A DNA stretch of 64,000 nt from Phoronis australis. Lineage: Eukaryota > Animalia > Phoronida. Below are positions 50,101-61,836 of the stretch, one piece after another. The stretch lies in NCBI GenBank assembly GCA_002633005.1, contig NMRA01000311.1, forward strand, positions 197,839 through 261,838, written 5' to 3'. The notes below the pieces were generated by a model. The model made no database searches. It was not told the origin of the DNA and worked only from the letters and a program-made list of their open reading frames with translations. Both the position numbers and the translations under genes were made by a program. Numbering within the stretch: the stretch's first letter is position 1; each line of letters starts with the position of its first letter.

Positions 50101-53100
50101 CCCATGCTCGGCTTACCCCCCACCCCCGAAAATTTCAATTTTTTCATTTTGAAACACCCATGCTCGGCTTACCACCCACCCCCGTTTTTTAGATTCCCAA
50201 TTTAAGCGCCCTGGGCGGTAATGCGGACAAGTACGACAGTACCCTTGATAATGTAGGTAATGAAGCAGTTATCTTTAATGTACACTTCACAGTTGCACAA
50301 GCATGGAGATGAATTCATGAAAAATAAAAGTTCAGTGTTTGTAAATAAGAGAACATTTTATTTCATGAAGTAATCAGGGGTGCATCCAGGATTTTGAGTT
50401 GGGGGGGGCAGGGCAGAGTATTAGCTGAGATTTTGCCTGTCCGACATTCGCACCCCTGAAGTGCCAGATGGAATCTGGGAGAATTTTAGGGGGGAGCATG
50501 GCTCCCTTGGACCCCCTAAATCTGCCACTGGTAATACAAAATGTCTGTGGCTATATCATAAAAATTGTACAACAAAACATTTACTAATTTTAGACTCATT
50601 TTAGCAATGTCAATACATTCTCACTTTTTGTGGCAAAGAACAGACAAAAATAGTTGGTGAATAACCAATTCTTCCTGTCACATTATACTGATAACTTTAA
50701 CTTTGAATACAACACTGTCTGAACAAATACAAACTCTAAGCTATTCAGCATAAGCCTGAGTTTTCAGCATCTGAACAAATATTACATTATAACCTACACG
50801 TGTCTATCAATCTCAAGTAACTTGGCAACAGAAATTACCTGCTTGTTTTCTGGATGTCGAAATAAGTTATTCAATAAGACACACTAACCGACACTAAGGC
50901 AAAGTTTTACCAAATTTGAACAACATAAAATGATTGATGGAACTGCCATTTTCCACTAAAGTTTTCCAGCAATGCTTAAAATGCCCAAGCATTACTGGGT
51001 GCAAATTAAGTCTTTATCTTTAAAATCTATGCCACAGCTATAATTGCAGGCAATGTTTAGACTCATTATGGGCATTCAGAACAATTCAGAACAATGTTAG
51101 AAACTTTGACAATGAAATAGTCAATAAAAGCATTTATTTTTGTCTGAAATTGCTGAGACATTACAGTTGTTCAAAACACTGTGATCTACACTGGAGTAGC
51201 TTTATCGTACTGACCTTATACAAATTGCACCACAAGAGGGACCTACTGGTGACGTCAACAACAACATCAAGCTAAAATGGACATAAACTTTAATGCAGGA
51301 GCCTTAAGCAGTCGAAGAAAACATTAAGAGGCAATGGAATGGTAAAGCAAGCAACCAGGGGGTCAAAAACACATGCGATAAGGTGAACTCTCAACTGGCT
51401 ACTTTAACAGCGATAAATGATGTTGCCATGACAACGAATGTAGTCATGAACACATAAGGAACTCGGCAAAGTTCTTAGTGAATTCAACTATCAAATGGTA
51501 ACTCTCCACTTTTTTGACAAAAATCATTGCAAAAATGGTCATTTTCCCATTTTGCAATGACTGATCACCTTTTTGCATTATAACGAAAACTACCGTTTAA
51601 TGAGAGACATCTAATCACGACACACCATGCTAAAATGTTTTTGATCTTTATTTTTGCCGAGAAATTTAACAAAACAGAATTTCACTTGTCTGCCATATTG
51701 TGTGGTAAATAATAATAATCATCTAAAATCAGGATTGCTAACACGGCATGTTGAAAATATGTCAATGCTTCCAAATAAAAATTGAGACATTGAAGTCTAA
51801 CTTAAAAATTGTGAAAGTTAGTGACATTAACCTGGTTTAATCACACATCAAAGCATTTGTTTCAGTTGGAGGCAAATTTTCACAAAAGTAAGGTAGAAGA
51901 CAATATGTGTTTCTGCTGATTCAAGATATTTAATTTTTTGCAACTTATTTACTTGTAAGTTTGTTCAGCAACAAAGCAAAACAGTCAAAAGAATATAGGT
52001 TTACCCAAGCACCAAACAAGGAAACTTGATTTAGTTTACGAGCTGCAATGCCATCCAAACCTGGAAAGAACAAAATACAAATAAGTGCAAGTGTGTTGCT
52101 TTAAACTAATGTTTTCAATAATCAGTTATAGTCTCTGCTTCTGCGCTTCCATGTCTTTTCTATTAAAATCAAATACTAAAAAAAATACTATTATTTCCAA
52201 ATTCATTAATACGCCAGTTTGTTACGAATCCAAGATGACGCTTGCTTTCACCAGTCACAACAAAAAAGATATGTTTGCTTTTGTTGTCAACACTGTAATC
52301 CTAATAACCATGTACATAACATATAACTTTGCATTTTTAGTCAGATTGAAGAGGAATGCTACCTTTTTAAAGGTGTTTTTGGTCAATTTGGGAAATTTTG
52401 CTCACTATAAAAGGTGTGTTTCAGCCTTTTTCTATAAAAAGATGATATTAAAAAAAATCTTCAGACAGGAAGTGTGACGCAGTGAGCTTCAAACATGTCA
52501 GCCAGTCCCTTGCTCTCTCACTCATTTTCCGCTCATATAACTACCGTAGTCAAGACTCCCATTGATTGACAATCCCAGCCTTGACAGGCAACAACTTTGT
52601 TGTTTCATTTGAGCAATTGCTACCATGACAAAAACAGCAACATAAACCGATGAAGATTATGATTCAACCAGGTCCATGTATTTGACTAATTATGAAAATT
52701 TCAGTTAGACACACCTAGATAAAATTTTACATTGCAGGGATCACAAAAAACTGTCCCCCTTCTACAGCAGCCTTCTTCGATCATGATGATCGACTGGCAG
52801 TCTCAGATTTTCCCACCTTTCTGTAAAACTATACTGGCATGACCTCTGCTGGGTAGTGAGTGAAATGCCTTCTGTCAGGTTTTAGGCAGGTTGAAACTCG
52901 CTCCACCACACTGATTCAGGGAGAGATTGTTTAACGAGATTCAAAAAGCCTCCTTTACACCAAGCTCAAACCAGTTGTTCTCTCTGTCAATAATTTTAAT
53001 ATTTTCATTCTCAAATTGACAGGTTTGTGAACTTTTGTTATACCATATAAAATGGAAATTGCATGTAGATGCTCTGAGATTCCTGACACAGAGTAGACTG

Positions 53101-55647
53101 ACTGTATTTGTTCTGCTGTTGTCGCTTTCTGATCTGTGCCTACTATTACACAATGCCAAAGTGATGTTCCAGTCCTCCTAGCCATACCTACTAATTGTGC
53201 TGCCAAAGTGATGTTACAGTCCTGGTAGCCATACCTACTAATTGTGCTGCCAAAGTGATGTTACAGTCCTGGTAGCCATACCTACTAATTGTGCTGCCAA
53301 AGTGATGTTCCAGTCCTGGTAGCCATACCTACTAATTGTGCTGAAAAAAATAGTTAGATTCGAACTACAAAATAATGACCAGTATGTGACTGTAAGTTTA
53401 CTGGACACTGAAGAATTAATATTTCCTGAAGCATCAAACGCCACCAGGCAATCAAGGAACGCTTTGTTCACCGAGTTTTCGCAGGTAGACTTAACATCAC
53501 AGTCATGGTTGCTGATGAAACTGAGACTGTTTTTGTGACTTTTCTCGATTTTGATGAAAGTGTAACCCACACATGAGTCAGATAGATGGCAGGTTGCCAC
53601 GATAATCCTTTAGCAACACACAAAAGGCTTCAACGATTGTTGCTTTTAGTAATTTCATATTATAACAAAAATTGACCTAAATGGTTCAGTTTTGTAGTAT
53701 GACAAAAATTGCCAAATTGACAAAAAAATGCCATAAAATTGTAACATTCCCCTTAAAAATGCAAAGGACTTTGATGTTTCAAGTTTCATTGTAGATAGCA
53801 TCCTTGCATATATAATAAATTAAAATACATACCATCCAACAAAGCTGCAGCAATGTAAAGGTATATGAACACCTCAGGCTGGTGAAAGAAGAGTGAGGCC
53901 ACAAAAATAAGAACTATCCGAATGTAACCTGAAATAGAGCGAGATGCAACTCATCGCAACACTTAACAATTTAATGTTATGAATTCATCACTTCGGGCTT
54001 GAAAGGGGGAAACTGGTGGTCTGCACAGTGGCTTGAAAGGGGAAAACTGGTGGTCTGCACAGTGGCTTGAAAGGGGGAAACTGGTGGTCTGCACAGCAGC
54101 TTAGAATTTTGTGGATGGTTGTAAATTATGGGTGCCATTTACACAGAATAAAGCCTTTTGAAATTGACAAGCAAGGTCAGTAAAATCAGTTGTTTGTGAA
54201 CCCTACTCTTAATCCTACCACCGTTCCACTTGGCATTAGAGCTTTCTCCCATTCGATAAATAATGCTGTCCACGCACAGACATACCTTAGAACAACTTGC
54301 ATTGGTGCAATTTGCCTCACTTTAAGTGGAACGTCCATACACACGTAACTGATAACTAGAGCATTAGGCAAAAGTTGTCGCTCTGTGCATGACAATGAAC
54401 AGCTGATGCAAATAGGGTGCACAAAAGAAGACCCCTCTGCATGTAATTGTGAATTACTTCCACTTTTCCCCAGGTTTGTGGCCACACAGCTATTAGAAGT
54501 GCTGCTGAGGGAAATCTTTTGTATGACAACATGCAAGTCAATTATCTACCACACTTCAAAAAGACAGATAACAAATGAAAATTTCACGTGTCTTTCACAT
54601 TAGAGATTCGGTACGATTTCTCAACCACATGCAAACATTTTAGACTCAACGGGAAAGAGGATTTAGACCCTTATGGTACTAAAGTTACTAAGTTCCAAAA
54701 GACCAGATTAGTGAGTGGATCCAATTAAAGTTGGTCTGATTACGTTTAAGCACAATGTGAAAAGTTTGTTCCAGCTATACTATTTTGCTCCACCGTCCTA
54801 AATTACCTCCCTGCGTCATGTGAGTACAGAGGTGCGCAGTACGGAGTTGTTCTCGTCATTTGTACTCTCTCGATGTTGTTGCTATTTCTGTCAACACTGC
54901 TCAGTGTAGAATTTCAAGCGCAAAAATGTCTCAAAATAAGAATAGCGAGTGGCAACTGGTTGTCAAACTCGTATTACAGCGTACTAGTAGCAACATGATC
55001 TCCTTTTTAGTACGATGAACATTTAAGTTAGGATGGTGGAATGTTAGTCCGGTCAAGAGATAAATTGGACAATTTGGTATGGTGGGTTGTTCCCACTGCG
55101 AACTAGTCAGGAATACTTGCAAAAGCAGATGACTACCGTCTCTTAAGCTGAACTACAGACAGTGAAGCTCCTATCGCACTTAAGCTGAACTACAGACAGT
55201 GAAGCTCCTATCGCACTGCGTGTACCAGGAGATCTTATGTCATACCTCCTGGCATGCACAGTGTTAAAAATGGCCAGTTCCCAATTTGGGAAACCGAACG
55301 AAGCACTTGCACAACAAAGAACTAAGAAGTTTTATTATGCCTATGGAAGTATCGTCCGGTTACCTATTTTCGTCAGGCTCCAAAGTTCGTCCGCCATCTT
55401 GTTTCGCGTGCAGCGCAACCACGCGGGACTTAGCGTTCCAATTTGGAGTTCTCGTCTGCACGTTAGGTACTAACTTATCGGAAGAGACACGTATCAAAGT
55501 AATGAGACAAAAATCGGTGAGTTTACCGATTGTTTTTTAAAACCACTTAAAAATCAGTAGATTTTACTAATACACTTTNGCTGCGGCTATAGAACGCTCA
55601 CCAATAATGTTCGGTACAAATAAAAGCACTCTAGTCCCCATAGACAT
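47188..55647 (-). CDS. Uncharacterised CDP-alcohol phosphatidyltransferase family protein (PI-synthase-like paralog), 7 exons, 216 aa
   Basis: Exons 55647-55602 (MSMGTRVLLFVPNIIG), 53928-53833 (YIRIVLIF..AAALLDG), 52060-52005 (LDGIAARKLNQVSLFGAW), 51271-51215 (LDVVVDVTSRSLLWCNLYK), 49652-49529 (WGFLVSCVEWLTFVCTH..), 48312-48143 (FKTALGSY..LPLWLY..), 47289-47188 (VWYISQHI..ERS*). All GT-AG, phases join, total 651 nt. The full DxxDGxxAR(x8)GxxxDxxxD signature is present. Confidence 0.9.
50375..50530. mobile_element. Small hAT-like MITE, 5-bp TSD GTAAT
   Basis: Imperfect TIR CAGGGGTGCATCCAGG / CCTAAATCTGCCACTG. GTAAT on both flanks. Confidence 0.72.
52880..53110 (-). mobile_element. Degenerate Penelope-like retroelement fragment (GIY-YIG C-terminus)
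   Basis: The minus strand reads SGISEHLH (frameshift) ..FENENIKIIDRENNWFELGVKEAF*ISLNNLSLNQCGG, resembling the PLE consensus H-x-F-x-N-x-KILDRE-x-W-x-RGVKEAIYI-x-P-x-LNRDGG. It contains a stop and a frameshift. Confidence 0.7.
53154..53342. repeat. 47-bp tandem repeat, 4 copies
   Basis: Unit TGCCAAAGTGATGTTMCAGTCCTGGTAGCCATACCTACTAATTGTGC. Confidence 0.9.
53996..54097. repeat. 34-bp tandem repeat, 3 copies
   Basis: Unit GGCTTGAAAGGGGGAAACTGGTGGTCTGCACAGT. Confidence 0.9.
55142..55217. repeat. 37-bp direct duplication
   Basis: CTTAAGCTGAACTACAGACAGTGAAGCTCCTATCGCA occurs twice. Confidence 0.88.
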
Positions 55648-55817
55648 AGTTAATAGTGTCAGAGAAGAAATTTGCACTATCGATGCCCACCAGTTCCAGT
55701 TCTTCCTGTTTACATACCTGAAGCGACATCTGTTTTTCGCTCCCTCGAACTAATATCGATCATTGGTAGATGTCGCTCGCTGACACCCACACATTGACGT
55801 CACAAGAAAACAGGAAG
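55648..55817. promoter_or_regulatory. 170-bp bidirectional promoter/5'UTR region between the CDP-alcohol phosphatidyltransferase gene and CPD
   Basis: Divergent ATGs at 55647(-) and 55818(+). CRE TGACGTCA at 55795-55802. Opposed ETS-like cores CTTCCTG (~55702) and CAGGAAG (55811-55817). TATCGAT at ~55678 and ~55755. Confidence 0.7.
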
Positions 55818-56661
55818 ATGGCTTTGAGGAGGAAGATTTCATATTTTTATGCCATATTTTTCATAATTTACCAGGTAACCAATGCTAGTAATAGTTTGTC
55901 ATCATTCCAGGCTAAACCCAAAGATATCGATACAACGAGTTATCATCACTATGACAGTCTAAAGTCCCTCCTAAACAGTCTACACAAAAAGCATCCGGAC
56001 TTAACAAAAATTCATTCCGTGGGCAAAAGTGTGCAAGGCAGAGACTTATTAGCGATTCAAATTTCGGACAATGTCGGGCAAGTTGAGCCCGGTGAACCAA
56101 TGTTCAAATATGTTGGTAACATGCACGGGAATGAAGTTATTGGTAGGGAGATCCTCATTTATTTAATGCAATATTTACTAAATAATTACGGAAAAGATGA
56201 GAGAGTGTCGAAATTGGTCAACACCACCAATATTTATATCATGCCGACAATGAATCCAGATGGATTCGAAGCAGCAGAAATTGAAGATTGCATGGGAGTG
56301 CAGGGAAGACCAAATGCTAATGGCATGGACTTAAATCGTAATTTCCCGGATCAGTTTGTCAAGTCCAAAGACCCAATACAGCCAGAAACTCAAGCGATGA
56401 TGGATTGGATCGCCAGTAACAAATTTGTGCTCTCTGCCAATCTGCATGGAGGAAGTGTGGTAGCCAGTTACCCGTGGGATGACGCTCGCCCAGGACACCC
56501 CAGTGAAGGGTATTATAGTAAAAGTCCAGATGATGCCGTGTTCAAGCATTTAGCCCTGGCATATTCCAAAAACCATCTCACCATGCATAAGGGCCACCAG
56601 TGCAAAGGTGATAATTTTCCTGATGGTATCACCAACGGAGCTCACTGGTATTCCGTTGGAG
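55818..56661 (+). CDS. CPD: Carboxypeptidase D-like (peptidase M14B), first coding exon; gene continues beyond the window
   Basis: Signal-peptide-like start MALRRKISYFYAIFFIIYQVTNA. Zinc motif FKYVGNMHGNE, plus MNPDG, DLNRNFPD, SANLHGGSVVASYPWD and GITNGAHWY. The exon ends at donor G|GTAAGT (56661). I found no further exon up to 64000. Confidence 0.88.
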
Positions 56662-59600
56662 GTAAGTGAAAGATGTTGTTTTCTTGTGTTTTCATAAATC
56701 TATTGTTTTTCATTGTTTGCCACTTATTTCTTTGTAATTGGAAGTAATGGTTTAAAGTTTTTATTTTCAAATTTCAAAACTAATCATGACGGCGACATCC
56801 CGTTGCTCCCAACTTGTTCGATTCTATAGCCCAACAACAAGTTGGGAAGTTAACCCCGGTAGCCAATATCTTACACGACTTATTAACTCCATTCTGGCAT
56901 TTATGGTTGGAGGGCCTACGCTCTTTTGTTCGATAATTGCTCTAATCTCCGATCAGATCGTATCGCCTGACTGGGCTGGGCTGATAAAAATGAAAGTTAC
57001 GTTATTACATGTTGGAGCTTAAACCAATAGCATTTCTGAATTCCTCGTCAAATGCTGATCATGTTCCATTTTTGAATCACCAAAATCGCCCAACTAAAAC
57101 AGAAGTAAGACAATCTAGTCTGTCCAAACGGATTACCAACGCACTGGGTTTGACTGTGCTCATATGCGTTCGGTAATAGCGGGCAACCACCATGCGTTTC
57201 CTGAAGTGTTATTTCTTTTTATTGATGTATAATTTCAAGCTGTTGGCAGTTAGTGTTGTTTTATGTTTTAAAACCTCAATGAATAGTTCTATAGTAGGTC
57301 TTAGCCAGACTTTTCAGTTTTCCTTTGAAGTTGGTGATGGTAAAAGCTGTACAAACAACAGTATATTCACAGCAGTTCTGTTTGTGACATACGTACAATT
57401 GGAGAACATTTTGACCAACTGTGAAAAAAGTTTTCATCCTAGGAAAATAATGCATCAATTTTTAAGTCTCATTGATAGCTCTTAAAGCATGTATAAACTT
57501 TTCTCCTATCTTTTTATCTTACTGAGAAAATTGCCCAGGTTGAAGGGGTGTGACAGATGTACACAGAGAATTTGAATTTTTGAAATAAAAATTAACTTTA
57601 ATTTTCTGTGAGTTGCATAAAGTTACGATTTTTGTTTTATTTTGAAGATATAGACTATTGTACATGGACCTCTAACTCCGTATATTTTCAATGGACGAAA
57701 TCTGTGATCTTACGCATAAGCTGTGCGTCATTATTCATTAGCAATACCTGGCAAAAATAGAACGTTTTATTTCCAGCAAGTACTTTGTCTGCTAATCATG
57801 GTCGGCCGTTGTGTGAACAATGTTTCAATGCCGAAATTATTATTTTTTCGTTGTACTGGACAGTAAAATAGATGGGAGAATTTCCTGTCACAATACACTT
57901 ACCGGAAATTGGTATTTTAGGAGAGAAGCGCCTCCTCTAGGATAGTACTCAAGAAAATGGAGTTACGAATCTGTTGTCTATATTCTATGATGATATCTTC
58001 TAAGAAATTTTTGTCATACAACTTGATATTAGGTGAGTGATTGTGATGGAAATACATAGTATTAAATTATTTGTTGTAGCTAAGATATCAATTCAAAAAA
58101 TTCAAACTTCAATATTTACCTAGGCTATATTGGTATTTTGCTACTTATTCAATGTTTTTTAATCAAAATACACCGATTGACATTTTTCTCGGTAAGCCTA
58201 TGCTGGAAATGTACTCTGGAATTTTAGCTTTTCATCACATTTGATTAAAGATATAAAACAACCTCCTAAAAATCTCACTTTTCTTTGAAAGTGGTTAGCT
58301 GTATGGATGGAAATGAGAGAGATAATTGTTGACACCCGTAGGTAATCAGGAAAAGTCTATTTATGCGTTAAGTAGTTCTAATACAAATTCGAATCTAGTT
58401 AGTTAATGTGACTATCCTAAATGTAAAATGTGAAATAAAGTTTAAAACGTTATTAATCACCACTGCCTTAAGCTAGTACAGACTTATTGTCTGCATCATA
58501 TTTCTGATAGTTTTGATGCGTGCCAAATGCCCATGTAACTAACAAAGGTGATGTTTGAAAAGTATTTGTACCATCATACTACCATGACTTCAATATCTTC
58601 TTATAACAAAATATGAAGCAAAGAATTGGTTCAGCATTGTTTAGTTGACAGCATCGTCTTGTGACATTCATATTGTGTTCCACCCGTGCTATCTTGCATT
58701 GTGAAGTCCGTCAGTCGTTAAATTTCATTTAATTTAGGATTATGGTTTAGGATTATGTGGAGCTAATAAAATTATCAAATGATGATCCTTATTAGTGGTT
58801 AGATTGATTAGATTAAGTTTTCATTCAGCTTTTTAATCAAATACTAGTATTGTCTTATTTTCAATTTTAAAGAGGGGCATTAAATTAAGGCTGTATCGTG
58901 GTTCGCTCATATATCATTATGAATTTCTTGATCCATGATGGTATTTTTTTCGAGTTTCAGAGAACATTCCAGCAAATATTTGTTCCTCTCCCAGTTGCAT
59001 CTAGTCTCCAAGAATACCCTCTTTCGTTTCTAAATGCTGGTTCAATCTCCTCGAAGCTCAGTCGAAAAAAGTTAGATCAAGGCTCTTGTTTTACAAAAAA
59101 ACCCCGTAAAATGAGACGATGTAATCATTTGCTGTGCACTAGCACAAAAACAATAAGTACATTAATTTAACATTTTGTTTTTTTACATTCTGTGATATGG
59201 TGCAACTGTCTAATTTTAACAAGATGCAATCTACTAAGAATAACTAGATGACATTGTAAAGTATAACTTCTCAGTAAATACTGTTGAAATTGAATAAGTC
59301 GAACACATCTAGTTTAAATATGGAGCAACTTCGTCATTTTATGGTGACTTTGTAATATTTAATCGTTTTAGGTTCTTAGGTGTGCGACAAATTTCATCTT
59401 CTTTAAGTTTGGATAATAAAAATAAAACATGACGTTATTATTATTGGATGAAAAATTGTAATTTAGTGAATGTGACGGCCATAGGTGATGGACGAACAAA
59501 TTTTCCATATGTCTGTCATGCAATTTCTGACTTAACAAGTAATCCCTGGGATCTAAAATTTTTGTCAATGATATTGAAAAACAACTTAAATGAAACTCTG

Positions 59601-60106
59601 AAATTAGTTTTAATTTTTATTGAAAACTTTTTACGTGAGGTAACTTTTAGCTCTATGTTGTGATGGATATATGGCATCATGATATCCAGGTGTTGGCCTT
59701 TGACCCCAAGAGGTCGACGATGCACTACAGGTCAAATGATATTTTTTAGAAAGTTTAGGATTCGTGTGATTGCACGAATTGGATAATATAGCAAAATACC
59801 CATAGTTACCTTATTTATGACATTAATGAGCAAGATGGATAAAAATCGAGGTAATTTTTATGGACAAGTGACCTCCGAAAATGGGTCTGGTTAGAGATAA
59901 AAACGAAAGTTTTAGGAAATTCAAATATGGGCCCTGAAACTAGAGAGACTGAGGTTTCAGATGACACCAGAATTGTTAATCTAGTTACAATTTTAATTTT
60001 TGTCGCTAGGTTGGTCTTGACTTTCTAAAACCGCTCTGAGATGGTGGCGTGTTGCAGCTATTATTAAACTCTCTTGATGTAGTTATACCAACCTCTTGTG
60101 TATTTA

Positions 60107-61836
60107 CCGTAATCGTTCGGGTTAACGCCCTGGGCGGTTAAATTGGCGAACCCAAAAAATCGGGGGTGGGCGGTTAACCAGACATGGGCGCTTAAACGTG
60201 AAATTTCAAGAAATCGGGGGGGGGGGGCGGTTAACTGAACATGGGCGCTTATTACGACAGGCAACCGCCCTGGGCGGTTAATCTTACCTTATGATCTGAG
60301 TCACCACACGTACTAAGCCACATACTGGGATCGCCTAACACTTTGAAAAGAACTTTATCGCCACCAAGTGCGTACTCTGCGCACTCTAATTAACAAATAG
60401 TTTCGAAAATGTAGAGTGTGGTCAAACTCCGAACGCTTGCATAGAAAGTTTGCTACATAATATGGCGCCTCAGGTGAGACCGATTATTGCGAATTATGCT
60501 CATTATTTCACTATACTTCGCAGACGTTGAACATGTTCACCTGCGTAGCAGACGGTAGCTGTGCTGTCGTTTTAACCCAGTTGTGGTCACGTGCTGACCC
60601 ATTTTTCCTGTGATCAGTGCACTCCCATAATAAACAACTTAACTGACGGTCACGTAGACAAGGACTACCAGCAGTTCCGAATTTCAGTTCAAAATCATTT
60701 CGAGATAACAGAATGTACTCCTGGTCTGAATGGTCAAAAAGCATAAAAATGTATAATCAATCACGAAATCGGGTTCAACTATTCAGCTGCCATGCACTGT
60801 CGATTCGCCTGTTTATGTTGCCGGTATGTGGAGTTGACATGTACGGTACTCTGGCCTTTCAATGGCTAAATACAATAACAAACTTTTTGTTAACAAACTC
60901 TACATTCAAAAAATTGCCACCAAGTTACATTGCAAAACACAAACACGAGTTTCTGTCTACACTCGCGTTTTTACTGGTCGACTTAGCAAACAAGAAGTCG
61001 GCCGATTCCAGTGTCGACCTTGAACAACCGTCGTTGCGGTTTTCGTTTCGACTGCGAGACGCAGCTTTTGTTAGCAAATGAAACCATCTATTCTCGGTAA
61101 AAATAATTCTTAGACGAAGCCTTAATTGTTCGGGTAAGTAACCCCGGTTTACTATATGCGACGAAATTACCGTGACGAGAGTACTCGAAAGACGGGGATC
61201 TCGATAACCCGGCAATTACACTCACCAAAATATAAAGAATTTATCAACTTTTCGCGGTTTATGGGAATTCTTCAAAATCCCGAGAGCTTACAACCTAAAG
61301 CGCATTCAGAGGGTTGGCAAAAGCAATGTCACATTTCTCTGACCTGGTTATTTCGAATGCATCTTTTATATAGTGCACTGTAGTCGATAACTCAGTGCGG
61401 CAGAGATTGTGGCTGAAAGTGGAGGTGTAGACGCCAGCGCGGTTCCTAAAGTTTGCGAACATGAGAAGAAAAGAAAGTGACAAAGTGTTCAAGTATTACA
61501 TTTTGAAGTTAATCGATGACCCGTTACAATAATTTGTTACTGGTATCATAATTCACATTGCTAAACCGCGGTCTCTGAGGCCGTCGTTGCACTCAATGTT
61601 ATCATCGATCTTAATCTAAAAGGTCGGGGATTCGCGTTTCCTATTAGCACAGGGCGGTAATCACCAATCGTCAAAAGTAGGGGATGGGCGGTTAACCGAG
61701 CAGTGGGCGGTTAATTGGAAATCTTCAAAAATAGCAGGGGGGCGGTTAACCGAGCAGTGGGCGGTTAAATCGAAATTCACCTAAAGTAGGGGGTGGGCGG
61801 TTAACTGAGCATGGGCGTTAACCCGAACGATTACGG
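60107..61836. mobile_element. Tc1/mariner-type non-autonomous element, 1730 bp, in CPD intron 1
   Basis: TIR CCGTAATCGTTCGGGTTAACGCCC. Left flank TA, right flank GA. Ends nearly identical to 38071-39075. No transposase ORF recognised. Confidence 0.87.

Noticed and set aside
54186-54541. Minus-strand ORFs of 116 and 61 aa, one with a signal-peptide-like stretch
   Set aside because: No recognisable homology, and the donor phase is incompatible with the surrounding gene.
54807-54887. Possible 81-nt poison exon on the minus strand in intron 1 of the transferase (in-frame TGA)
   Set aside because: Weak polypyrimidine tract and no independent support.
55770-55817. N-terminal extension of CPD from the upstream ATG in the ORF track
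   Set aside because: ATG 55818 has better context (AAGATGG) and starts the signal peptide. The upstream segment overlaps the promoter motifs.
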